A stretch of DNA of 64,000 bases, taken from NCBI GenBank assembly GCA_963795085.1, contig CAWCFX010000006.1, positions 384,001 to 448,000 of the forward strand, written 5' to 3'. A program made the position numbers and the translations under genes. Each line of letters opens with the position of its first letter. Positions within the stretch are counted from its first letter, which is position 1. The DNA is from an uncultured Gemmatimonadales bacterium (GTDB taxonomy: Bacteria > Gemmatimonadota > Gemmatimonadetes > Gemmatimonadales > GWC2-71-9). The notes under the pieces were generated by a model. It made no database searches and was not told where the DNA came from. It saw nothing but the letters and a program-made list of their open reading frames with translations. Below are positions 29,334 through 37,954 of the stretch, piece after piece.

Positions 29334-29413
29334 AGGACAGGCTAAAGCCTGCGACCGCAGGAAGTCCTTTAGGGCCCTCGGCTGTACTGTCGCTGAAGCG
29401 ACAGCATGAATCC
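29334..29413 (+). repeat. REP-like double-hairpin element copy 2
   Basis: CAGGCTAAAGCCTG and CTGTCGCTGAAGCGACAG hairpins. Confidence 0.85.
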
Positions 29414-29420
29414 GAGCGGG

Positions 29421-29525
29421 ACCGCCCTGTTCTACCGCCCTGTTCTACCGCCCTGTTCTACCGCCCTGTTCTACCGCCCTGTTCGTCTTACCGCCCTGTT
29501 CTACCGCCCTTTTCTACCGCCCTGT
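29421..29525. repeat. 13-mer tandem repeat (CTACCGCCCTGTT)n; also 29271-29320
   Basis: About 8 units; the last one supplies the stop of the AAA_33 gene. Confidence 0.93.
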
Positions 29526-29978
29526 CAGTTCCTCGGCGTCCGGCCGCTCGAAGCTGGCCGACCACTGCGCCAGGTCGGCCGCGCTGACATCGAACGTGTC
29601 CTTTGAGCGCGCCCTGGCCCGCGCGGCCAGCCGGGCGGCGAGGACCTCGGGGGCGGCATCCACGAAATGCACCACGCTGCCCGCGCCAAGGGCCGCGGCG
29701 CGGGCGCGGTAGTCCTCCCGCTCGGCCCGGGACCAGAACCCGAAATCCAGGATCACGTCCACGCCCAGTTCCAGCGTGCGCCGGGCCAACTGCCAGAGCG
29801 CCCGCTCGACCGGATCCCGCGCCGCGTCCAGCTCGTCCCTGGCCGGCGAAGGACCGAGCACCGCAGTGATCCACTCGTCCGGGGAGAGCCGGAGCGCGGG
29901 GAGAGAGGCTTCCAGCTCCCGGGCCCGGGTGGTCTTCCCCGCGCCGGGCAGGCCGACCATGAGGTGGAGGGTGGGCAT
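29514..29978 (-). CDS. AAA_33-type P-loop kinase
   Basis: GLPGAGKTT, SPDEW, VILDFGFWSRAER, FERP. Confidence 0.88.
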   Translation of the reverse strand: MPTLHLMVGLPGAGKTTRARELEASLPALRLSPDEWITAVLGPSPARDELDAARDPVERALWQLARRTLELGVDVILDFGFWSRAEREDYRARAAALGAGSVVHFVDAAPEVLAARLAARARARSKDTFDVSAADLAQWSASFERPDAEELTGR

Positions 29979-30060
29979 ATATCAAGAGTAAAACAGTAAG
30001 CGGCGCGACGTGAGCGGGGGGCGGGTGTCGGGCGTCGGCGCTGGAGACCAGCGGGGGGGT

Positions 30061-30089
30061 CTGGCGGAAACAGCCGGCGGGGGCATACT
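30061..30089 (+). promoter_or_regulatory. sigma70-type promoter module CTGGCG-N17-CATACT, copy 1
   Basis: Exact 17-nt spacer; repeated at 31307 and 42768, -10 half at 44380. Confidence 0.6.
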
Positions 30090-30139
30090 GGTGAAGACAG
30101 CCGGACAAGCAGCCTCACACCCACCTAGAAGGGATACCG

Positions 30140-30577
30140 ATGTCACGGACTCCAGCTTACCTCACAATACTGCTTCTAACCGTCGTCAGCACCGGGTGTT
30201 TCCACGCCACCATTGAGACGGGAGCGACCCCTTCAACTACCGTGATTCGGAAGGGCTTTGCGTCCGGCTGGATCTATGGACTCGTGCCGCCCAGCACCGT
30301 GTCGACAGCCAACCAGTGCCCCAACGGGGTCGCCCGTGTCGAAACCCAACTCAGCTTCGTGAATCAGCTCGTCGGTTTCCTGACCCTTGGCATCTACACG
30401 CCCATGGAGATCGTGGTGACCTGCGCCGCCTCGGGCTCGGCGTCCGCCAATGCTCCCGGCGAGGCCGAGGTCGTCGAGTTCGACGCAGGATCACCGGGCG
30501 GCCTCACGGAAGCCCTCGCCCTGGCGATCACCCGGTCACACGACGAAGCCCGGGCCATCTACATCCGGGCCAGGTAG
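30140..30577 (+). CDS. Bor/Iss-family lipoprotein with C-terminal extension
   Basis: STGC lipobox; C..VETQLSFVNQLVGFLTLGIYTPMEIVVTC closely resembles the lambda Bor C-terminus. Confidence 0.85.
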   Translation: MSRTPAYLTILLLTVVSTGCFHATIETGATPSTTVIRKGFASGWIYGLVPPSTVSTANQCPNGVARVETQLSFVNQLVGFLTLGIYTPMEIVVTCAASGSASANAPGEAEVVEFDAGSPGGLTEALALAITRSHDEARAIYIRAR

Positions 30578-30804
30578 CCGGATCAGCGCGCGCAGCTTCA
30601 GCCACTCGTTGCCGGCCGGAACGGAGCGGCCGTCGCCTTCGACACCCGGCGAACGGTGGTGCAATGGCGGGTCCACGGGCGACCTGCAGTTCGCGACCTG
30701 TGGAGCGGGACGGCCACCCTGGCAGGAATCAGCAAGCCCGAGGGGCAATAGGACGACGACGGGGCATCCTCACCGCGGAGATGTCACGGAGCCAGGCGGG
30801 GACG

Positions 30805-31252
30805 CAGTTCCCCCGCGTCCGGCGGCTCGAAGGCGGCGACCACCGGGCCGGTCGGCTCGCGCTGACATCGAACGTGTCCTTGGGGCGCGTCGTGGCCCGC
30901 TCGACCAGGCGGACGGCAGTACCTCGGGGGCCGTGTCCACAAATGCACCACGCTGCCGGCGCCGAGGGCCGCGGCGCGGGCGCGGTAATCCTCTGCTCCA
31001 CCCGGGACCAGAACCCGAAATCGAGAATCACGTCGAGCCCCACCTCCAGGGTGCGTTTGGGGATCTCCCAGAGCATCCGTTCGACCGGATCCGCGCCGCG
31101 TCCAGCTCGTCTCTGGCCGGCGAAGGACCGAGCACCGCCGTGATCCACTCGTCCGGGGTGAGCCGGAGCGCGGGGAGAGAGGCTTCCAGCTCCCGGGCCC
31201 GGGTGGTCTTCCCCACGCCGGGCAGGCCGACCATGAGGTGGAGGGTGGGCAT
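30805..31252 (-). pseudogene. Degenerate second copy of the AAA_33 kinase gene
   Basis: Near-identical DNA to 29524-29978 with several indels (about 31092, 30992, 30935). Confidence 0.9.
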
Positions 31253-31306
31253 GTAGGAAAATAGCGGGGAGGGTTGGGGGTGGGGGCCGGGATGGAGGAG
31301 GGGGGT

Positions 31307-31335
31307 CTGGCGGAAATGGTTGGTGGAGGCATACT
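31307..31335 (+). promoter_or_regulatory. Promoter module CTGGCG-N17-CATACT, copy 2
   Basis: Same boxes and spacing as copy 1, different spacer sequence. Confidence 0.6.
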
Positions 31336-31503
31336 GGTAGGGGCGGTTTGAACAGCAGGACAAGCCCAGTTAGACACACTCCGAAAGGCCTCATGCGGCT
31401 CACGGCAGTTTATCTCACCAGGCTCCTTATGAACGGTGACCCGTGCCAACCGTGCACTTGCATCGTTCCGAATGATCCTTGAGCGCTGAGCGAAGCCGAC
31501 GTA

Positions 31504-32445
31504 GTGTTCGAGGGCACCGTTCTGTGGCGCCGCACTTCAATCCTCGAGGGCAAGGACACTGTGGGGGGCAGGCTTCAGACGAGCCTCGATCCCGCCAAGG
31601 TGCCGGCCGGCGCGCAGCGGGCCACGCCGCTGCCGGCACGGGGCCACTATCAGCATCAACGCCATTTCCGCACCGAAACCGATGCCGCCTCCGGCCTTAC
31701 CCGGGTATCGGTGACCACCCATCCGGGCCGCTACTTCCTCTGGATCCAGCGGCCCCGCCTCACGTTCTTCTTTACCTACCCCACCGCACAGCCCGCCGAG
31801 GCTCCCGGGTTTATCTCCCTCGTCTACCGGACGCAGACGCCGCAGAACTTCGATATGCCGCTCCGGGTCTTCGCCGACCTCGTGGCCTGTTCGGCCGTGG
31901 CCCTCGACGTTGGCGGGATCCGGGTGGATTTCGCCCCGGATCAACTCGAAGCGCTGCAGGCCCTGGGAAGCCGTCTGACGACAGTGAGCAGTGAACAGTG
32001 GGCCAACTATCTCTTTATCGGATTCCCAACCAAGAGGGCCAAGGTAAGTCCGTCCATCAAGAATGTTTCGCCGGACCTTGTCAGGCATATCGGCTCAGGG
32101 GCGAAAGACGGCCAATATCCACTTATTGGCCGCAATCCGCTCACACATGTCGCAATTGGCTTTGATCAACAAGCATCCATAACTGAGCAGGGCATTCGCC
32201 CCATTCCTAGTCCCGGCGGCGCAAGTGGTACTGGATTATGGCGTGTCACGATAAGGCCAGCTTTGCTGGGTGGCCCCTCGGCATGGTTGGTTGCGATCTT
32301 TACCGACCACCTTGAGCAGGAGAATCTACTGGTTGGCACGCGAATCATCTATCATTTTGCACTAATTCGTGATCGCTGGCCAGATTTCCGTTCAATTGTG
32401 CCTTCGATTCCCTATGGCATACGTTTCCAAGTACCAAACCCGTAA
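31504..32445 (+). CDS. Probably chimeric ORF: GC-rich hypothetical N-half plus lower-GC trypsin-like protease fragment
   Basis: Composition shift near 31990; PSPGGASGTGLW..LVAI motif in the C-half. Confidence 0.5.
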   Translation: MFEGTVLWRRTSILEGKDTVGGRLQTSLDPAKVPAGAQRATPLPARGHYQHQRHFRTETDAASGLTRVSVTTHPGRYFLWIQRPRLTFFFTYPTAQPAEAPGFISLVYRTQTPQNFDMPLRVFADLVACSAVALDVGGIRVDFAPDQLEALQALGSRLTTVSSEQWANYLFIGFPTKRAKVSPSIKNVSPDLVRHIGSGAKDGQYPLIGRNPLTHVAIGFDQQASITEQGIRPIPSPGGASGTGLWRVTIRPALLGGPSAWLVAIFTDHLEQENLLVGTRIIYHFALIRDRWPDFRSIVPSIPYGIRFQVPNP

Positions 32446-32452
32446 GGTGGTG

Positions 32453-32550
32453 GCCCAACACGCGCTTGGAGTGGCCATTCGCGCCCGGCTAACCGAGGGT
32501 CGCCACCATACGCTGAGCGCGGGTTGCCGCTCAAGCGCAAACCGTTCGGG
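32453..32550 (+). mobile_element. attC-like integron cassette recombination site
   Basis: GCCCAAC (RYYYAAC) 7 nt after a stop; GCGCTTGGAG pairs with CTCAAGCGC leaving one extrahelical base; ends GTTCGGG. Confidence 0.75.
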
Positions 32551-32609
32551 TGCAACCGGCCGCTCCAGCTGACCTTGCGAGCAGGCAAGGCTTTTCCCAC
32601 CTTTGACCC

Positions 32610-32841
32610 ATGCCGACCCAACCACCGTTCGATTATCATGAGCTCTATGTTGCTGAGCGATCGGAAACTTGTCGAGGACCTCTGGGATTCGATAGCCCAG
32701 GATGCTGAGCTCGACACCGTTCCCCTAGGTGAGGATGACAAGCGGCTTCTGGACGAACGGTTGGCCGAGCATGAGCGAGATCCCGATCGCGGCTCGACCT
32801 GGGAAGAGGTAAAAGCTCGTATCCTGAAACGCGGCACTTGA
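32610..32841 (+). pseudogene. Addiction-module antitoxin (TIGR02574-like), frameshifted
   Basis: MPTQPPFDYHELYVAER, then +1 shift to LVEDLWDSIA...RLAEHERDPDRGSTWEEVKARI. Confidence 0.8.
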
Positions 32842-32855
32842 TGTCGCGTTTTTAG

Positions 32856-32935
32856 TGTCTATAAGGATGTTCGCCGAGCTCGTGTCCGGCGCTTCCCTAC
32901 GCCGTCTTCTACTTTACACGTGAGGACCTTACCAA
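32856..32935 (+). pseudogene. RelE/ParE toxin remnant
   Basis: Reads YKDVRRARVRRFP/YAVFYF across a 1-nt deletion, directly after the antitoxin; N-terminus missing. Confidence 0.7.
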
Positions 32936-33275
32936 CGTCATCGCTAGCACACATGTCCGTCGTCACCCCACGCGCTGGGAATCGCGTCGCTAGGACAGGC
33001 TGAAGCCTGCGAGGCATCGGCGACTTTTGAGGTCTGGCATCGGCGACCTTTGAGGTCTGGGAGTCGCTGCCGCGGTAAGTACCAGCTAGCCGTAAGCAGT
33101 CGGCCGGATGTGGCGCCCTGGAGCCCCTGCCCCCGGTTGGGACCAAACGGCATCGCCTGGTACAAGCCTGACCGCCCATCTATCCAATTGCCGCCGGGAG
33201 GCGGCCACGCTGGAAACCACCGGCTGGTGCCCTCCGTCCTGCCACTCCATGACCCCTGCCCCATCGCACCACCCA

Positions 33276-34475
33276 ATGACTGACACGGCCCGTCGGCCTG
33301 CCCTCGCCGCCCTGCTGGCGTGTCTTGCCCTGATACCCGGCACCCTGCCGGCGCAGTCCGCGTTCCCATTCAAGGCGCCTTTCGGTCCCTACACCCCGGG
33401 CTTTGCGGCGGCGACGCTGGACGATTCGACGCGGACGTTCGGCGTCCCGCCCACTGATGCAGCCGCTGTGAGCGTCGGCCCGGCCGTGCGGCGGCTGCAG
33501 GTGAGCACCTGGTATCCGGGCGCGGGCCAGGGTGGCTCAGCGATGCGGTATCGCGACTATGCCGGGCTGTTCGTGGCACCCAACCATGTGCCGAGCGGGG
33601 CCGCAGCCGACGCCGATGTGGCGACCCGGGCCTTCGTGGCGACGATGGGGCCCAGCGTCAACCTCGCCGACCCGCGAGTGCAGCGCGAACTCGATGCACC
33701 GGTGCGCGCGCGCCGAGGGGCGCCGCACGCTTCCGGCCGGTTCCCCGTCATCGTCTATGCGCCCAGCTTCAACCAGCCGGGCTTCGAGAACGACGTGCTC
33801 TTCGAGTATCTGGCGAGCGTCGGCTATGTCGTGCTGGCCAGTCCGTCGTTCGGGGCCGCCGGTGGGATGACGGCCGACCTGGCCGGCCTCGAGGCCCAGG
33901 CCGCCGACATCGAAGCGCTGATGGCCTATGCCCGGACCCTCGCCTTCGCGGACCCTTCCCGCATGGCCGTGATGGGCGCCAGCTGGGGCGGCATGGCGAA
34001 CGTGCTGGCGGCCGCCCGCCACCCGGCCATCGGCGCCGTCATCTGCCTCGAAGGATCCATCGGCTATTTCTACGGGCCGCTGCTGAGTACCGTGCCGTCG
34101 TTCGATGTGACGGCCTACCGGACCCCCAGCCTCTTCTTCTCCCAGGTGCGCGACGCCGTGAGCCCCGGCGAGGACTCCACCTTCGCGTTCTTCGACGCCC
34201 TCGGCCCGGTCCCGGCCTACGACATCACGATCCCCGTGCTCCGCCACATGAACTACGGGGCCCAGTTCAACCGCCTGTTCCCCCGGGCGGCGAGACCGTT
34301 CAATGCCGACCGCGCGGCGGTGGGACCGGCCTACGAGCTGATGGCCGGCTACGTGCGCACGTTTCTCGACGCATATCTCCGACAGAACCCGGCTGCCCAC
34401 GCCGCGATCGCGCAGTGGCCCGCGGTGCACGGTCAGCCCGGCGACGGCGTGATCATCCGGCGGAAAGGGATGTAG
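33276..34475 (+). CDS. Secreted alpha/beta hydrolase (dienelactone hydrolase/PAF-AH-like)
   Basis: Signal peptide, STWYPG, FPVIVY, GASWGG nucleophile elbow, RHMNY; start 33249 or 33276. Confidence 0.82.
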   Translation: MTDTARRPALAALLACLALIPGTLPAQSAFPFKAPFGPYTPGFAAATLDDSTRTFGVPPTDAAAVSVGPAVRRLQVSTWYPGAGQGGSAMRYRDYAGLFVAPNHVPSGAAADADVATRAFVATMGPSVNLADPRVQRELDAPVRARRGAPHASGRFPVIVYAPSFNQPGFENDVLFEYLASVGYVVLASPSFGAAGGMTADLAGLEAQAADIEALMAYARTLAFADPSRMAVMGASWGGMANVLAAARHPAIGAVICLEGSIGYFYGPLLSTVPSFDVTAYRTPSLFFSQVRDAVSPGEDSTFAFFDALGPVPAYDITIPVLRHMNYGAQFNRLFPRAARPFNADRAAVGPAYELMAGYVRTFLDAYLRQNPAAHAAIAQWPAVHGQPGDGVIIRRKGM

Positions 34476-34493
34476 GGGACACTTTCACCGAGC

Positions 34494-35432
34494 TTACCGC
34501 CCTATCCCACCGCCCTCTTCTCCCGTGCTCACATACCGCAATCCCGAATCCACGGCCAGCGTGGCAACCATCGCTCCGGGGCCCTGCTCGGCCGCGACGC
34601 GGAGCGCCGCCACGACGTTGGCTCCGGTCGAGGGTCCCGCGAAGATGCCTTCCTCCCGCGCCAGCCGGCGGGTCATTGCCCTGGCCTCCGCCGTGGATAC
34701 GCCCTCGATCCGGGTGACAAGATCCGGCTGCCAGAGCGGCGGCACGAACCCGACGCCGATGCCCTCGATCTGGTGTCCGCCCGGCGGGCCGCCGGAGAGC
34801 ACCGCCGATTCGGCCGGCTCCACCGCGGCGATGGCGATCCCGCGATCGTGCCGCCAGAGCACCTCGGTCACCCCGTGAATGGAGTGGCCGGTGCTGACCG
34901 ACTGCACGAAGGCCGTCACCTTGCCGGCGGTCGCTTCCCAGATCTCCTCGCCCAGGGGGTGGTAGCCGGCGATGGCGTCCCGGTTGTTCAGCTGGTCGCA
35001 GTACCAGTGCCCGGGCGCCCGGGCGATCTCCCGGGCGTGGCCGAGCATCTCGCGAACCAGTTCCCGGGTGATCTGCTGCCGGTCGCTCGGCACCTCGGTG
35101 ACGACCGCGCCGAAGGCTTCCATCATGTGCCGCTTCTCGCGGGCAAAGGCGTCGGAGTACACGATGCGGATGGTATGGCCCAGCGCGGCGGCCACGAAGG
35201 CGAGCGAGATCCCGGTGGTGCCCATGGTCGCCTCGACCACGGTGCCACCCGGCGGCAGCCGCCCGTCGCGCACGGCCGCCTGCACGGCGGCCAGCGCCAT
35301 CCGGTCCTTCATGCTGCCGGTCGGGTTGGCCGATTCCAGCTTCACCACCATCCGGGCCGAGCCGGCGGGCACCACGCGGTGCAACTCCACCAGGGGCGTG
35401 CGGCCAATAGCGGACAGGATGTCGAGGGACAT
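34494..35432 (-). CDS. Cysteine synthase family PLP enzyme
   Basis: IGRTPLV, KLESANPTGSMKDR, HQIEGIG, LAREEG, DSGLRY. Confidence 0.9.
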   Translation of the reverse strand: MSLDILSAIGRTPLVELHRVVPAGSARMVVKLESANPTGSMKDRMALAAVQAAVRDGRLPPGGTVVEATMGTTGISLAFVAAALGHTIRIVYSDAFAREKRHMMEAFGAVVTEVPSDRQQITRELVREMLGHAREIARAPGHWYCDQLNNRDAIAGYHPLGEEIWEATAGKVTAFVQSVSTGHSIHGVTEVLWRHDRGIAIAAVEPAESAVLSGGPPGGHQIEGIGVGFVPPLWQPDLVTRIEGVSTAEARAMTRRLAREEGIFAGPSTGANVVAALRVAAEQGPGAMVATLAVDSGLRYVSTGEEGGGIGR

Positions 35433-35497
35433 GCCGAAAATGTAGCCGGGAGCCCTGCCCCGGGCCCCCTCCTCCAGGGGGAAACCACGAGACTTTA

Positions 35498-35546
35498 TCT
35501 ACCGCCTTATTCTACCGTCTTGTCCTACCGCCCTGTCTTACCGCCC
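35498..35546. repeat. CTACCGCC-family tandem repeat
   Basis: 4 degenerate units; the last contains the stop of 35538..36368. Confidence 0.8.
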
Positions 35547-36368
35547 GGCTAGATCTCCCACCCGGATCCCTCTCCGCATCCCCATCTCCACGTGCACCAT
35601 CCCCGACCCCGGGTCGGTGATCAGGCAGTAGAGCACATAATCTCCCGCCACCAAATCCACCGGCAGGTACGCCGTCTGCCCCGGGCTCATCCGCGCCACC
35701 CCGGCTATCGCCTTCGCGATCTTGCCTGGCTTCTCCGCCTCCACCCAGTCCTCCATGGTGCGGCCCGGCTCGAGCCGGGCGAGCACAAGGTGATGCAGCT
35801 GGGCCCCCACGTTCTCCACCCGCACCAGCTGCGGCCCGGCCGGCCACGTCGCCGGTCCGGCGAACGCGAAGTCCGCCAGCCGCACCTGGGCGCCGGTGGT
35901 ATCGGGTCCCGAGTCTCCGGCGGCATCGGCCGCCCGCACCACCACTCGCTTCACCTCGCCGGTGAAGGCGTGCCGATGACCATCGGCTCCCCGCCGGACG
36001 CAGGCAAGCAGGTGCTCGCCCGGGTCCAGCCGCAGCACGACCGCTCCCGTGTCCCCCACCTCGGGTCCGCCCAGCGCCGGCGCCGTCGTCGTGGGGGCGG
36101 TGTCCAGCTCGGCGAGGAACCCGTCGAGGCCACTCCCCGCGCCAGAAGGAGGGAGCCGGAAGAGGACCAGGATGTGCCCCGCCCCGTCTTCCAGGACCTC
36201 AAGCCGGGTCCATCCCGCGGCCACGCTATCGGGCGCGCTCACCGTGCCGCCCCCGACCGTGGCCACCAGCCGCGGCATCGCCGGCCGATCGGGGGCGTCA
36301 CGCGCATCGCAGCCGGCCAGCAGGATCACCACGAGGAGAGATCGAGGCCGGAGAATCGTTTCGATCAT
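35538..36368 (-). CDS. Lipoprotein with two cupredoxin-like repeats
   Basis: LAGC lipobox; H...LLACV..HRHAFTGE and HHLVL...YCLITDP...HVEMGM (type-1 Cu-like H/C/H/M). Confidence 0.65.
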   Translation of the reverse strand: MIETILRPRSLLVVILLAGCDARDAPDRPAMPRLVATVGGGTVSAPDSVAAGWTRLEVLEDGAGHILVLFRLPPSGAGSGLDGFLAELDTAPTTTAPALGGPEVGDTGAVVLRLDPGEHLLACVRRGADGHRHAFTGEVKRVVVRAADAAGDSGPDTTGAQVRLADFAFAGPATWPAGPQLVRVENVGAQLHHLVLARLEPGRTMEDWVEAEKPGKIAKAIAGVARMSPGQTAYLPVDLVAGDYVLYCLITDPGSGMVHVEMGMRRGIRVGDLAGR

Positions 36369-36811
36369 GGGAATGGGCTCGAGCTGTCGGGCTGCATCCG
36401 GGAGAAGGGGAACCCGTTGCACCCGGTCCGCGGCGTGTCCGGTCGGGCAACGCTCGCCGACTCGGCGGCCTCGGCGCTCTCCGCCTGGTAGGCGCTGTAG
36501 CAGTAGGCCCACTGCCAGGGCAGCATCCCGTCGAGCGGTATCCAGTCTATCCGGGTCCAGAGCCCGCCATCGGCCGGGTTCGCCGGATCGTTCATCGCCA
36601 CGAGGAAACGCCGAACCGGATCCCAGAGCACAATGTGGTAGCGCGTGTTCGGATGCTGGACCCACTCGGCGGCCGTGATCGTGTAGCGGTTCCCGTAGTC
36701 GTCGGCAAAGGTGCCCAGCAGGGCGGAGGGCGGAGCGGCTCCGGGCACGGGCGACCGGGCAGCACAGCCGAGGACGGCCAGCGCCAGGAGGAGTAGCGAG
36801 TAGCGGAGCAT
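36365..36811 (-). CDS. Hypothetical lipoprotein
   Basis: VLGC lipobox; GTFADDYG, WTRIDW, GCNGFPFSRM; ATGA-coupled to the next gene. Confidence 0.75.
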   Translation of the reverse strand: MLRYSLLLLALAVLGCAARSPVPGAAPPSALLGTFADDYGNRYTITAAEWVQHPNTRYHIVLWDPVRRFLVAMNDPANPADGGLWTRIDWIPLDGMLPWQWAYCYSAYQAESAEAAESASVARPDTPRTGCNGFPFSRMQPDSSSPFP

Positions 36812-36862
36812 ACCGGAATCTAGCGTGAGCCCGTTTCGAGGGCGCATCCCAAGTGCCAGCCC

Positions 36863-37215
36863 CACGGTGGGGCGCTCCCATTGACTCACCTCGAGCTTCG
36901 AGGCGAATTAGCGCACACGGTGGGGCATTACCAATCACCTCAACTCGAGCTTCGAGGCGCTTTAACGCACACGGTGGGGCATTACCATCACATCACCTCG
37001 AGCTTCGAGGCGCTTTAACGCAGAGAGCGCCGAGTGGAACTACAAGTCCGCAGAAACAAGGATCGTTTCAGTACTCTTAGAATGAGATTGCTTCCGCGGT
37101 TCTCGCTGTTGCTTCTGCGCTCTCTGCGTTAAAGCGCCTCGGAACGTGCGTCCACGGCAATCCCAACGCCCAACCAAGCGCCTCGGAGTGCGAATCCAAG
37201 ACCATCACAACGCCC
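36863..37215. repeat. Palindromic MITE/REP-like element copy 1 (25-bp IR, 37006-37141) with triplicated 53-54 nt left flank
   Basis: CGAGGCGCTTTAACGCAGAGAGCGC and its perfect reverse complement. Confidence 0.9.
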
Positions 37216-37386
37216 AGTCAGGATGCCTGGGACCCCGGGTCAGGAAACCCCTGACAGGGTCTTGATCCCCTTCCCCGATTGGTTCAGTTCCTTGAGGACA
37301 TGTCGAGACCGGGACCCCTGGTTCGACGTGGATTGTGGGAGCCGGAAAGGCCGGCCCCATGTACCCTGTTCCGAAGGAGCGACATC

Positions 37387-37815
37387 ATGCGAGTCATGGT
37401 CTTGGTGAAGGCCGACCAGAATATCGAGGCGGGCGGGCTGCCCGACCAGAAGATGCTGGCCGATATGAACCGGTACAACGAGGAGCTGGTGAAGGCGGGA
37501 ATCATGCTGGATGGCGAAGGACTCCAACCGAGTTCCAAGGGCAAGCGGGTCCGGTTTTCCAAGTCGGGCACGACCGTCACGGACGGCCCCTTCGCCGAGA
37601 CCAAGGAGCTGGTGGCCGGGTTCTGGATGTGGCGGGTCAAGTCGATGGAGGAGGCGGTGAACTGGCTCAAGCGCGCTCCGTTCAGCGACGGCGCCGAGCT
37701 GGAGATCCGGCCCGTCTTCGAGGCCGATGATTTCGGCGCCGAGTTCACCCCCGAACTCAGGGAGCAGGAGGACCGGATCCGGGCCGGGGCCGAGGCGCTC
37801 AAGCACGCGACCTGA
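37387..37815 (+). CDS. YciI/DGPF-domain protein
   Basis: DGEGLQPSSKG.RV, DGPFAETKELVAGFW, EIRPV; AGGAG SD. Confidence 0.93.
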   Translation: MRVMVLVKADQNIEAGGLPDQKMLADMNRYNEELVKAGIMLDGEGLQPSSKGKRVRFSKSGTTVTDGPFAETKELVAGFWMWRVKSMEEAVNWLKRAPFSDGAELEIRPVFEADDFGAEFTPELREQEDRIRAGAEALKHAT

Positions 37816-37954
37816 TCCCACCATCTGACCCATGCCATCCCGGCGGGTTTCCCCGGGCGCCCGCCATTGCCGGCGGGCCCCGTGGCTGGCTCCCGCCCAG
37901 TCCTGCCGCCCAGCCTTGTCTTAGCGCCTGGCTCTATCGACCTTTGAGCCCCAC

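Noticed and set aside
36863..37025. CRISPR-like repeat-spacer pattern
   Set aside because: Only 3 units; the variable parts are short and mutually similar; no cas genes; the unit is the flank of a dispersed palindromic element.
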